From the IMG/VR virus record IMGVR_UViG_3300043469_000246, positions 1 through 61,056 of that record: 61,056 bases of DNA. The stretch is one strand, 5' to 3'. Made by a program: the position numbers and the translations under genes. Positions within the stretch are counted from its first letter, which is position 1; the number at the start of each line of letters is the position of its first letter. Source of the DNA: a virus (taxonomy: Duplodnaviria; Caudoviricetes). Under the pieces are notes generated by a model. That model saw only the letters and a list, made by a program, of their open reading frames with translations, ran no database searches and was not told where the DNA came from. Shown here piece by piece: positions 1 through 8,798 of the stretch.

Positions 1-45
1 TTCTCCAACTTCCTTACCCATTACTTTTTTAGAATAGTTAGGCAT
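1..45 (-). CDS. 5' part of a hypothetical protein (runs off window start)
   Basis: ATG at 43-45 overlaps the stop of the upstream gene; frame MPNYSKKVMGKEVGE is open to base 1. Confidence 0.6.
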   Translation of the reverse strand, partial: MPNYSKKVMGKEVGE

Positions 46-257
46 TATCGACCCCTTCCAGCGGATTTACGCATCATTCCTTGGTTCTGAACTTTTGCTA
101 AATTACGTCCAATTTTCTTCATAACCATTTGATCTTTACCACCCATCTTTGGCTTTGCCTTCATACCCAAGACTGTAGGACCTGAGTCACCTAAATTCTT
201 ACCTTCAGTCTTGCCTTTTTTAGCAATCCCATCTGCGCTTTTCTTAAACATTTTCAA
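45..257 (-). CDS. small basic protein with ADGIA-KGKT motif
   Basis: KSADGIAKKGKTEGK motif shared with other small basic ORFs; AGGAG SD just upstream; true start may be the second Met. Confidence 0.7.
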   Translation of the reverse strand: MKMFKKSADGIAKKGKTEGKNLGDSGPTVLGMKAKPKMGGKDQMVMKKIGRNLAKVQNQGMMRKSAGRGR

Positions 258-261
258 CTCC

Positions 262-768
262 TTAAATTAAATAACTATTACCTTTAGCCAAATTTTCCGA
301 GCCTGGCACAACTCGTAGATTACTAGGCACATGAAGCCCAGACACATATTTGCCTTGTAATGGAATTATATGGTCTACGTGCCAAGGAAAGTCAAACATT
401 TTTGTTCTTAAAACAGCAAGCTCATATGCCTCTTCTACTATCCAAAAATCGTTATTGGTTAACCATTTAGGTGTTCTTTTTAAAACAGACGCCCTACGTT
501 TTGCATCCATAGCTAACACTTTTTCAGGATTTTGTTGTTTCCACAACTTGTTTCTAGCAAGAATGATGTTTTTACTAGAACTATATTTATTTAAATCCGC
601 TGTTTTAGCGTGTAATTTTGCTTTATCTGGGTTAACTTTTTTCCATTTTTCTTTACGGATATTGTCACATTTTTTGCAATGGCTTTGATAACCATCTTTA
701 CTATTCAAAGACTGTTTATAAAATTCACTGTACGACTTGCTAGTTTTGCATTTTGTACAAATTTTCAT
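262..768 (-). CDS. HNH homing endonuclease (free-standing)
   Basis: N-terminal CxxC...CxxC, C-terminal WHVDHIIPL..GLHVPSNL..N motif; ATG at 768 overlaps the upstream TGA (ATGA). Confidence 0.85.
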   Translation of the reverse strand: MKICTKCKTSKSYSEFYKQSLNSKDGYQSHCKKCDNIRKEKWKKVNPDKAKLHAKTADLNKYSSSKNIILARNKLWKQQNPEKVLAMDAKRRASVLKRTPKWLTNNDFWIVEEAYELAVLRTKMFDFPWHVDHIIPLQGKYVSGLHVPSNLRVVPGSENLAKGNSYLI

Positions 769-1187
769 GTTATCTCTATCGTTACTGAACCTACTAAACA
801 ACTTGGGGCTAAATTATTAGGTGTTAGTCCATCGTCTCTAGCACCGCCAACAGGATTCCACGACCACTGAAATATTCTACTACCACCTTCTGGAAAACCA
901 ACACCCTGTAAGGTAGTGTCATTTGTTCCGTTAATCTGCAAACCGCTACTTCCAGATACTTGATAGCTTACATCAGGGCGTGGTTCCCGTACAGCTTGTG
1001 GATCATCCACTGGATACATCCCTAACTGCAACTGTGGCTGATCTGGCTCCCAACAACTTGGACATACTTTGATGTTTACTTGCTTAGTCTTAATCGTTAA
1101 TTTTCTAAGCTCCTTTAGCTTATACCGCTGTCCACATCGGTCACATTCAGCAATCGCATACTTACCACTACTAAATTTATTAGGCAT
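765..1187 (-). CDS. conserved phage protein with CxxC...CxxC zinc-ribbon, in virion gene block
   Basis: CDRC and CPSC pairs; overlaps neighbours. Confidence 0.75.
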   Translation of the reverse strand: MPNKFSSGKYAIAECDRCGQRYKLKELRKLTIKTKQVNIKVCPSCWEPDQPQLQLGMYPVDDPQAVREPRPDVSYQVSGSSGLQINGTNDTTLQGVGFPEGGSRIFQWSWNPVGGARDDGLTPNNLAPSCLVGSVTIEIT

Positions 1188-2106
1188 AGAACATGTTCCG
1201 AGGGACGAAACGAATTGCCGCTTTTTCTCTGTCTTCTGTGGAAGCTAAAAGCCACTGCTCTTCATATTCCTGTTTCAAAAACGGTAATCGCATTTGTCCA
1301 TCAGGTAATTTCTGAGCCATATAAAAAGCAAGTCCAGCCACCATACAAGGTAGTAGTCTAAATGGGATATCAGGCTCTACCGTGCCGTTTGTGCCAGCGT
1401 CTTGGACTCTACGTAGTCTCCAATAGACAAAGGTATACGGACCACCGCCTGCGTCTGGTGTTAACCAGAGATTAACAGCGGGTAAGTTTTGAACTGTAAT
1501 AACCGCAGCCGCAGTATGCGCCGCAGCAGTCGTGCCGTTTTGTCCACGATTTACATTAATTAGATTATTACCCGTTACATTTGAGTAACTCATGACTTCA
1601 GAGTCAATCTTAATAAAGCCTGTAGTCGATAAGTAACTAGCGTTAGAAACTGGGATAGTCGTAGCTGTCGAAGTAATCGTACTGGCTAGGGTTGCTGAGG
1701 ACGTATTAGACTGCCCCGACTGGCGGTTAAACCACATCTGAATAGGACGTCCTTGAGCTAATTTATTGGGGATTGTTGCCCAAGTAGACTCTGAAATACG
1801 AGTGATATTAATATCAACTTGGTTACTTTGTACGCCGTTGTTTTGACGCACCACAGCATCTAGAATGTCAATAGTGTCTACGGGCATTGGGTATAAGCCT
1901 TGTCCTGTAGTTAACAGAATCTGACCTTGCTCTATTGTCCACAGGTTAATACCACGATTAGCCCATTCAATTGTTAAAAGGTTCAAAGACCTACGAGCAG
2001 TCCGCATGTCATAACCCGTACGCAATTCCGCACCAGCTCTCTCAAACGCCTCTTCAATGAGGTTATTAAGGTCTAAGTTAAAAGCTGTTGTGCCTGAAGT
2101 ACTCAT
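1180..2106 (-). CDS. putative head-tail adaptor / tail tubular protein A-like virion protein
   Basis: helical N-terminus (LIEEAFERAG..ARRSLNLL..EWANRG), C-terminal PFRLLPCMVAGLAFY; position in virion block (inference). Confidence 0.55.
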   Translation of the reverse strand: MSTSGTTAFNLDLNNLIEEAFERAGAELRTGYDMRTARRSLNLLTIEWANRGINLWTIEQGQILLTTGQGLYPMPVDTIDILDAVVRQNNGVQSNQVDINITRISESTWATIPNKLAQGRPIQMWFNRQSGQSNTSSATLASTITSTATTIPVSNASYLSTTGFIKIDSEVMSYSNVTGNNLINVNRGQNGTTAAAHTAAAVITVQNLPAVNLWLTPDAGGGPYTFVYWRLRRVQDAGTNGTVEPDIPFRLLPCMVAGLAFYMAQKLPDGQMRLPFLKQEYEEQWLLASTEDREKAAIRFVPRNMFYA

Positions 2107-2351
2107 ATCTTCCTATACGGTTTTACTTTTGCTTTTACTGTTTTTGGCTGGGGCACGAACTGTTTTCCTTGTGCTTTTCCCGCCCGCTTTGCTCGTGTTG
2201 TTGCTGCGTACTCGCTTGGGCTTAGGGCTTCGATTGCTTTTTTTGGCAGGTATCGCTCCCCCGTCTCGGACGACTTCTTCCCTGACTTGGTTGTCCATTT
2301 TTGGTCGCCCCAAGCTTTTAAAGAACGCTGAGATTTTGCTAAACCACTCAT
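2103..2351 (-). CDS. DUF5872-like protein (C-terminal half)
   Basis: QRSLKAWGDQKWTTK..GERYLPKKAIEALS..KQFV motif. Confidence 0.7.
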   Translation of the reverse strand: MSGLAKSQRSLKAWGDQKWTTKSGKKSSETGERYLPKKAIEALSPSEYAATTRAKRAGKAQGKQFVPQPKTVKAKVKPYRKI

Positions 2352-2620
2352 TTATAGCCACCACCAGACGCCTTATATTTTTTTGCTACTAGTTGAGCCT
2401 TGCGAGCTGACCACTGACCCGCACCAGTACCATGTGTTGCAGCGGCTTTAACTTGAGAAACAATCCGTTTACGCAAACCTGGTTTAGTGTAATTACCCGC
2501 AGCATTGACTTTACCACCCTCTTTATATTGGGTGAAGTCGGTATCATCCCTACGGGCTTTTTTCTTACCTTTAGGCATCTTAGAGGGGTTTATATCACCC
2601 ATGCCACGACTTGGTCTCAT
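2348..2620 (-). CDS. DUF5872-like protein (N-terminal half)
   Basis: NYTKPGLRKRI..GQWSARKAQLVAKKYKASGGGY motif. Confidence 0.7.
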   Translation of the reverse strand: MRPSRGMGDINPSKMPKGKKKARRDDTDFTQYKEGGKVNAAGNYTKPGLRKRIVSQVKAAATHGTGAGQWSARKAQLVAKKYKASGGGYK

Positions 2621-2988
2621 GCTCTAGTCCTTCCTCTAATTGCTATGCCATCTGCTCGTTTAGAGGCGAAGGATACCTTACCGCCCGCTTTGTGATTCTT
2701 AGTAATATCACGGTTAGTTTTTGGTATGCCAGTGCTACCACTACCGCTAGGTAATCTACCCATATCCTGTAACCTCTCGGTATAAGTGCGTGGGCTTTCA
2801 GCTTTAGCTTTAGCTCTTTGCTCTTCTGCCATCTTATGTGCATCAGCCTTAGCTTTTTCGTTATCTTGTTTCACTTTTTCCGCCGCTTTGTCGTATTCGC
2901 TAGGACCAAACTTTTCCTTGGGAGGAGTGTATTTATCACTCTTACCATCGCCAACTTTTTTAGAAGGGTCAATAGGCTCTATTGGCAT
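2617..2988 (-). CDS. small basic protein with KAGG and RADGIA-RGRT C-terminal motif
   Basis: ORF abuts neighbours; shared C-terminal motif. Confidence 0.7.
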   Translation of the reverse strand: MPIEPIDPSKKVGDGKSDKYTPPKEKFGPSEYDKAAEKVKQDNEKAKADAHKMAEEQRAKAKAESPRTYTERLQDMGRLPSGSGSTGIPKTNRDITKNHKAGGKVSFASKRADGIAIRGRTRA

Positions 2989-3612
2989 TTAGCAAGCCTT
3001 ACCGCCTGATTTCATAGCGATCATCTTGCCTTTGGTCTTGCCTTTGATCTCAATGCCGCCGCCTTTAGCCATACCGTGCATACGCTTTTCGTGACCCTTA
3101 ACGGCTTTAGTGGCTACCGTCTTCATCATTGGCTTGTCTTTAGCTACATCTGAGTGCGCCATTCCGCCTTTAGCCATTTTGCCTTTGCCATCAGCAGCAA
3201 ACGCTGGTACTTTTTTACCATCTTTCATTACCATCGGCATACCACCTTTTTTCATAGGCATATCTTTATCAGCCATAGAAGATTTTCTTTTTGCCATCAT
3301 AGCCATCATGCCTGGATTCATCTTTTTCATATCATTTACCTTTTCATTTTTAGTTAAAGTACCACCCGTTTTTTTACCTTTAAATCTTTCTAAACTAACA
3401 TTTGGTAACTGCATCATTCCATGATTTGATTGGGGCCTATTAATTTTACCTTTAGCTGGATTAGTTGATCCACCAGTTCTAAATTTTTTACCTTTATCCG
3501 CTTCCATAAAATCTTCTCCAACAGATTTAGTAATGCCAACCTTTTTGGCAAACTTAGGGTTATTAGCCACAGCCGCCATGAAATTATGTTGCTTTTTTGA
3601 AGCACTTGGCAT
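2989..3612 (-). CDS. Met/Lys/Gly-rich basic protein with repeated xxGG motifs
   Basis: MPSASKKQHNFMAAVA N-terminus; six [MFK][AKR]xGG motifs. Confidence 0.75.
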   Translation of the reverse strand: MPSASKKQHNFMAAVANNPKFAKKVGITKSVGEDFMEADKGKKFRTGGSTNPAKGKINRPQSNHGMMQLPNVSLERFKGKKTGGTLTKNEKVNDMKKMNPGMMAMMAKRKSSMADKDMPMKKGGMPMVMKDGKKVPAFAADGKGKMAKGGMAHSDVAKDKPMMKTVATKAVKGHEKRMHGMAKGGGIEIKGKTKGKMIAMKSGGKAC

Positions 3613-3615
3613 TAC

Positions 3616-3849
3616 TTACCTTTTAATAAGTTGGTCAATTTTGTCTTCAAGTTTGTTAAACCTTGCGTCCATGTGTTCAACAATGCGGTCAACTTCTGCT
3701 TTAGTGACGTTATCACGTGCTACCTCCTCACGGGTTTTGTTTAATAAAATATCAATCCGTTTTAATTCGTTGAACTTTTCGTGCATGACGTATCCAATAA
3801 ACGCTATAAATATTGTAAGTCCACCAGTCCAAAGTTCCAATATATTCAT
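3616..3849 (-). CDS. small membrane protein with coiled coil
   Basis: N-terminal hydrophobic helix, then heptad pattern RFNKLEDKIDQL. Confidence 0.7.
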   Translation of the reverse strand: MNILELWTGGLTIFIAFIGYVMHEKFNELKRIDILLNKTREEVARDNVTKAEVDRIVEHMDARFNKLEDKIDQLIKR

Positions 3850-4136
3850 ACCATTCGTCCTCTAGTCTTACCTTTAACTGCAATACCGTCAGCACGTTTA
3901 GAGGCAGAAGATACCTTACCGCCTGATTTGTAATTAAACTTTTTGGCTTTTATCATTTTGTCCAAAGGCATTGGATCGCCACCGCCACCGCCACCGCCAC
4001 CACTTCTACCTTTTTTCTCGTATGGAGCTAAATTACGTCTATCAACATTTTCTTTTATCTGATAGTTTGAAACATCTTTTTCGTAATCTTTTGGTTTGCC
4101 CATATAAGGCAGTTCTGTTGTTTTTGTGTCACTCAT
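3846..4136 (-). CDS. small protein with poly-Gly and RADGIA-KGKTRG C-terminal motif
   Basis: YKSGGKVSSASKRADGIAVKGKTRGRMV; ATGA overlaps. Confidence 0.7.
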   Translation of the reverse strand: MSDTKTTELPYMGKPKDYEKDVSNYQIKENVDRRNLAPYEKKGRSGGGGGGGGDPMPLDKMIKAKKFNYKSGGKVSSASKRADGIAVKGKTRGRMV

Positions 4137-4453
4137 ACCATCTTCCCTTTAGTCTTGCCACGGACTTCGCACCCGCCACCACGAACTGCTCCGCCTTCTT
4201 TGCAGTTCCAAGCACGTAATGACTTGTTGATGCGTGAATCGGGGTCGTTAGCAGTTTTAGCAGATGTGAGCTTTTTCTTCATACCTGACATACGGGCACA
4301 GAACGATTTCTTTCTTGAACCGCCTTCTGGTTGTGGACGTTTGAGTCCAGGCTTACCAGGATTGGCTGCGTTATACGAAGCTCTGCCCTTGGCATTTAAG
4401 CCACCTTCAGGGTTTTTGCCCTCTTTGCGTTGCCACGCAGGAGTCTTAGCCAT
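4133..4453 (-). CDS. DUF6321-like protein
   Basis: AWQRKEGKNPEGGLNAKGRAS..RKKSFCARM..DPDSRINKSLRAWNC. Confidence 0.7.
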   Translation of the reverse strand: MAKTPAWQRKEGKNPEGGLNAKGRASYNAANPGKPGLKRPQPEGGSRKKSFCARMSGMKKKLTSAKTANDPDSRINKSLRAWNCKEGGAVRGGGCEVRGKTKGKMV

Positions 4454-4958
4454 AGTAAATCTGCGCTGAATCTATGGCACTCATATACGCATAAATCCCA
4501 TTAGCTGCTAATACACCCTCGCCAGGAATAAGCGGAGCGTTTTGGAACTCGTCCGTTGAGTGCGTTTCATAAGTCATTAACCAACGATTTACCCCGCTAA
4601 CATATATAGCCGCAGTACTTGTAATTGTGCGTGAGTTAATGTCAGTTAATGTAAACGAATTTGCATCTACTCTAGTAATAGAATAATTGCCGTCCGTTGC
4701 GGATACGCCTGTATTTGCGTCAAAGTGAATACCGACTACATCACCTGTAGCTAGACCGTGCGCTGTTTTACTTACGGTTACGGTTGTACCACTTTGTGCA
4801 TAAGTAACACTAGACGTAACAGGAGCAGAAGTCGTGTCAAATAACACTAAAGTTCCACCGCCACCAAAAAAAGAAACAGCCTTAACACGGTTGCGTCCAA
4901 GAACAAAGAAACCACTTTCGTTTAAGTGTCCTTGTTTTACATCATATTGCATACCCAT
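4446..4958 (-). CDS. putative virion protein with inserted beta domain
   Basis: Thr/Ser-rich, HGLATGD..DGNYSIT..DANSFT insert, C-terminal IPGEGVL. Confidence 0.65.
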   Translation of the reverse strand: MGMQYDVKQGHLNESGFFVLGRNRVKAVSFFGGGGTLVLFDTTSAPVTSSVTYAQSGTTVTVSKTAHGLATGDVVGIHFDANTGVSATDGNYSITRVDANSFTLTDINSRTITSTAAIYVSGVNRWLMTYETHSTDEFQNAPLIPGEGVLAANGIYAYMSAIDSAQIYYG

Positions 4959-4960
4959 AA

Positions 4961-5131
4961 TTAATCCTCTTTATGTTCTGCTGGTGGGTCTTGTCGATCT
5001 AATTCGGTCAACAATACGTCCACCATTGCAATTGCTCCGTTAGCCTGTTGGATAAGATCTAAGTACTTTTGCCGTTGCTCAAGTGCCTGATTTCTCAAAT
5101 CCAACAGGTACGCTTTATCTAACGCAGCCAT
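4961..5131 (-). CDS. 56-aa coiled-coil protein (not in ORF track)
   Basis: MAALDKAYLLDLRNQALEQRQKYLDLIQQANGAIAMVDVLLTELDRQDPPAEHKED; ATG overlaps upstream TAA and fills the gap exactly. Confidence 0.7.
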   Translation of the reverse strand: MAALDKAYLLDLRNQALEQRQKYLDLIQQANGAIAMVDVLLTELDRQDPPAEHKED

Positions 5132-5703
5132 TAGGCATTAAAGTTAGCAGCAGTAGCAGCAAGCAGGTAATAATCACTACCAGCAATTTTTACACGCAGT
5201 CCATGAGTAATCTCATTAACGTTGGTAATAGTACCAGTAGCGGCTAATTTAGCACCAGCAACAGTTACGCCAGCAAGGTTTAGCAAATAACCGTTGGTAT
5301 CAACAGTTGCTGCGCCTGTACCATTAACAGAAGCGTAAATTAAAGAGGTATTTGTGCCAGTAGATGCTCCAGAAGCACAGTTAAGCTCAATTTCAACAGG
5401 AGCATAAGTACCTGAAGAAGTGCCTGCTGAAAGGCTTAATTCAGCCACAAAAGCTGAACCTAAACCTGTTGTGCGACCTGTAGCACCATAGGTAACTTGG
5501 GCTTTCAGGGCGTTAGAAAACGAACCCAAAGCTACGTTGGTATCCATCTCAAACAAAGTACGTCCACCCGTGCCGCCAACACCCGTCATTGTGACAGAAG
5601 TAGTACTAGCATTGAATGTAGCTGCACCTGTTGAGGTATTTGTAATATCAGTGATAAAGCCGTTGTCGGATGCCACTGGACCCGAAAAGGTAGTACGTGC
5701 CAT
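5131..5703 (-). CDS. putative capsid-associated/fibre protein
   Basis: MARTTFSGPV N-terminus, Thr/Gly/Ala-rich, directly after major capsid gene. Confidence 0.65.
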   Translation of the reverse strand: MARTTFSGPVASDNGFITDITNTSTGAATFNASTTSVTMTGVGGTGGRTLFEMDTNVALGSFSNALKAQVTYGATGRTTGLGSAFVAELSLSAGTSSGTYAPVEIELNCASGASTGTNTSLIYASVNGTGAATVDTNGYLLNLAGVTVAGAKLAATGTITNVNEITHGLRVKIAGSDYYLLAATAANFNA

Positions 5704-5782
5704 AATAATTCTCCATACAGAGTTAAGCTTATTAGTCTTGTATGCGTCTGCTGGGGCAGTCTAATAAGCTGGTTTACCCAGA
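5704..5782 (-). ncRNA. candidate cis-regulatory structured RNA (10-bp stem plus two pseudoknot-type pairings)
   Basis: AGCUUAUUAG/CUAAUAAGCU stem; loop CCCAG complementary to upstream CUGGG; loop CAUACA complementary to UGUAUG overlapping the GGAG SD. Confidence 0.5.
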
Positions 5783-5803
5783 TATTTAAATCTTACTACA
5801 AGT

Positions 5804-5836
5804 AAAACAAAAAAGGGGAGTTTTTGGCTCCCCTCT
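5804..5836 (-). terminator. intrinsic terminator after major capsid gene
   Basis: GGGGAG-loop-CUCCCC followed by UUUUUUGUUUU. Confidence 0.8.
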
Positions 5837-5839
5837 TCT

Positions 5840-6751
5840 TTATGCGCCTGGCGAACCAAACATTCCTAGTGGATCCGAGAATCCAAAAGAATAACGCTCA
5901 CGAGACTTGTAACGGACGTTACCAGTATCGAAGTCTCCGTCCATGCTGTTTGCTAATGGGGAACGAACAAAATGCTTCATGCCATTAGGAACATCAGTAC
6001 AGATAAAGTAAGCATTGGTGTCGGTCAGATAGTTATTAACTGTATAACCTTCTGGGATCGAACCGTTGTTTACGATAGCGTTAATGTCGTTGTCAGCAGT
6101 ACCAACACGCAACTGGGTCTCTAAGAGACGGGTAGCTACGAACTGGAGTGCAGGTGGAACAATTAACTTCTTAGGTTTAGCAGCGATTAACAAGCCACGC
6201 TCGTCTGTCCAAGCAGCGATCTGAATAACTGCGGCTTCCAAAGAAGTCTCATTCAAATCAGCAGGGGTAGATTGAGTATTGCTGTTTACACCACCAGAAA
6301 CCAGTGGGTGTGAGGTGCTAAATAAAGCCACACCGTCACCACCAGCAAAAGTTCCAGCAGTGAAACCGTTGTTTAGAACGGAAGCTGCTTTAGTTTGCTT
6401 GGTGTATGCCATAGCACGAGCCAAAGCCTTGGTATAACGAGCTGATAGGCTGTCATACAAGTTGTCCTCGATTGCCTCTTCCGTTAGGGAGAAGCCAAGG
6501 GCAATGGTTTCGTGGTTATAGCGAGCTGTGAAAGCCTCTTGTGCATTGTCATAAGCGATGGCAGAACCTTCGTTTTTGACTGGTGCAGCGGAGAAGCCTG
6601 ACAGTTTTGTTTCTTCTTCAAACGAACGCTCAGAGGTCTCAGTATCGTAGATCTCTTTGTGTTGTTCACCATATGTTGCGTACTCAAGACCAAACAATGC
6701 GTTCAGACCTGGGAGCAACTCTTTCAGTAGTTGTGCACGTGAAATAGCCAT
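5840..6751 (-). CDS. major capsid protein
   Basis: 303 aa, MAISRAQLLKELLPGLNALFG..., ALGFSLTEEAIEDNLY, KLIVPPALQF, RERYSFG; follows scaffold, precedes terminator. Confidence 0.85.
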   Translation of the reverse strand: MAISRAQLLKELLPGLNALFGLEYATYGEQHKEIYDTETSERSFEEETKLSGFSAAPVKNEGSAIAYDNAQEAFTARYNHETIALGFSLTEEAIEDNLYDSLSARYTKALARAMAYTKQTKAASVLNNGFTAGTFAGGDGVALFSTSHPLVSGGVNSNTQSTPADLNETSLEAAVIQIAAWTDERGLLIAAKPKKLIVPPALQFVATRLLETQLRVGTADNDINAIVNNGSIPEGYTVNNYLTDTNAYFICTDVPNGMKHFVRSPLANSMDGDFDTGNVRYKSRERYSFGFSDPLGMFGSPGA

Positions 6752-6763
6752 TTTCTAAGCTCC

Positions 6764-7384
6764 TTATACGCCAGTTGGGTTTGTGTACTGATGAGTGTTA
6801 ATGTTTATCTTAACGATAAACTCAACAAACGTGTCAGCGCCAGTTGCAGTTTCTCTTACCACATCAATAATGCGGATAGGTAAACTGCTGGTAGTATTTT
6901 GCGTACCTTCATCAATCGCTACAGCGGAGTTACCAGTAATGGTAGATCCAGCGTTTTGAATCAGAGCAATGTTATTACCAATAGCAGAAATGCCCATTCC
7001 AGCCACGACTGTGGTTGCAGAACAAGAAACTACTTTGAACAATGTGTCAGGATCGTCAGCAACGACTGCAAAAATCTTTGTACCCGCTTTAATAGGGGTG
7101 CTTGCAGGGTAATACTGTTGTTGTTGAACTTGACCAGTTGAGGCATTGGTAAACTGAACACCTAAAAATACACCACAAGGTGTAGCTGTAGTTGTGCCAG
7201 CATCTTTCTCAACAGTTCCATCGGAAACACGTTTTACTAAATCGCCATAAAAAATACTTGTCCCATAACCTACGTTATTAGACGAAGCAATTTCCATTAA
7301 ACGAGTTGACCCCGCAAAGACCTGACCACCAATCAAATTGACTGGTTTTAGTCCATACGGAGCGTCTACGGTTGGATAAGCCAT
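6764..7384 (-). CDS. putative capsid decoration/cement protein
   Basis: PYGLKPV, IFYGDLV, DDPDTLF motifs; immediately upstream of MCP. Confidence 0.6.
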   Translation of the reverse strand: MAYPTVDAPYGLKPVNLIGGQVFAGSTRLMEIASSNNVGYGTSIFYGDLVKRVSDGTVEKDAGTTTATPCGVFLGVQFTNASTGQVQQQQYYPASTPIKAGTKIFAVVADDPDTLFKVVSCSATTVVAGMGISAIGNNIALIQNAGSTITGNSAVAIDEGTQNTTSSLPIRIIDVVRETATGADTFVEFIVKININTHQYTNPTGV

Positions 7385-7404
7385 AATAAACTCCTAAATT
7401 AAAA

Positions 7405-7851
7405 TTAACCTTTACCAAAGGTCACCGTAGATTTGCTCTCTTTAAAGAGCGGTGCTCTAGGATCACTTTGGCGCATAAGAGTATTGTCTACAGCCTCCAT
7501 TTGATTTTCGGCTTGCTTTTGATAAAAGGCATTCCGTTGATCAACAAGTTCTTTTGGAGTTTTGCAGAGCAATAACCCGCTAATCTCAATATTGTCGTTA
7601 AAACGACTATTGGGATCAACTAGCAGTTTCATTTGTGGTTGTTCCTCAATTCTTACAGGATCCCATCCTTCTCTGAATTTGGCAGAGATGTTGCGGGGGT
7701 CTGCTGTTCCGAGAGTAGATACTCTTATCCACCGATATTTAAAACCTTCTTGTTTATCGGGTTCTGGCAACAATTCAGGCGGTTTCCACTGCTGGGGGCG
7801 CATTTCTTGTTGTCTAGTTTCTACTTCACGAGGTTTTCTGTTTTCAGCCAT
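7405..7851 (-). CDS. conserved head-module protein
   Basis: WKPPELLP..GFKYRWIR..REGWDPV..GLLLCK; location. Confidence 0.7.
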   Translation of the reverse strand: MAENRKPREVETRQQEMRPQQWKPPELLPEPDKQEGFKYRWIRVSTLGTADPRNISAKFREGWDPVRIEEQPQMKLLVDPNSRFNDNIEISGLLLCKTPKELVDQRNAFYQKQAENQMEAVDNTLMRQSDPRAPLFKESKSTVTFGKG

Positions 7852-8788
7852 TTTGGGACTCCAGTTTTGTTAATTCACGAGCATATTGCTCTGGGGTTAG
7901 ATTAAATTTCTTTGCCAGTGCTACTTGCGTTGGCGTAAGTCTGACTTTTTTTGGAGAGGTAGACCTAGTCGCTGGCGCAACTACTGTGCTCGGTTTTTTC
8001 ACAGAGTATTTGGTCCCTGTCTCTGGAGAGTCTTTGGTCTCTCCTGCCCCAAATTTCTCTGGGAATCTCTGACGCATTTCTGTGTCAATGACCTTGAAAT
8101 AGTGGTCAGATCCTATCGGAACTCCTTCTCTTTCCAAGCGTCTATGAATACCCATTGCTAGGTAACTCATATCATCATCTACCCCATACCAGCTGTTTTT
8201 GTCCAGCCACGATTGGGTTTTTGAGTCCAAACGTTGAGGTTGTGACATTTGTACATCATTATTTTCATTTTGTAAAGTATCTTGTGAATACTCAGGTTGA
8301 TATCGTTCTATCTGTTGAGAGTCCATTTGTACTTTAGTGAGCTTTTCCTGAGCTTCTACAAGACGGTCTGAATCGCCAGAATCATAGGCGTTCTTGTATT
8401 CGGCTTTGGCTTTTTCTAGTTCATGGGCAATGTTTTCCTTGTATTTAGAGTGCAAGCTCTGCTCACCAGCGCTTAATTTGGTCTTTAGCTTTTGATTTTC
8501 CGCAAGCAATTGCTGTGCTACACGGGATGCTTCGTCTGCCTCCTTTTGGGCTGTTTCCTTTGCTCTGCGCTCATCGTTATAGACTTTTTTAGCCTGTAAC
8601 AATCGTTGCTTTGCTTCTCCTGTGTAGGCTTCAAGGTCATCATTATCAAGTTCTTCAACAATATCCTTGGGCATTGGTGCTAAATTACGATCTTCCTCAG
8701 GTGTATCGTCTTCAATAACAATTTCTAGTTGTTCGGGTTCTCCCTTTTCATCGGGATATTTAAATGCTTCCAATTCTAATTCAGGCAT
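7844..8788 (-). CDS. putative scaffolding protein
   Basis: acidic coiled coil with C-terminal VRLTPTQVALAKKFNLTPEQYA, between portal and capsid. Confidence 0.65.
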   Translation of the reverse strand: MPELELEAFKYPDEKGEPEQLEIVIEDDTPEEDRNLAPMPKDIVEELDNDDLEAYTGEAKQRLLQAKKVYNDERRAKETAQKEADEASRVAQQLLAENQKLKTKLSAGEQSLHSKYKENIAHELEKAKAEYKNAYDSGDSDRLVEAQEKLTKVQMDSQQIERYQPEYSQDTLQNENNDVQMSQPQRLDSKTQSWLDKNSWYGVDDDMSYLAMGIHRRLEREGVPIGSDHYFKVIDTEMRQRFPEKFGAGETKDSPETGTKYSVKKPSTVVAPATRSTSPKKVRLTPTQVALAKKFNLTPEQYARELTKLESQNG

Positions 8789-8798
8789 GATTTTCTCC

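Noticed and set aside
3978-4003. (CCACCG)n microsatellite
   Set aside because: Simply encodes a poly-Gly linker; unit length keeps frame, so no phase variation implied
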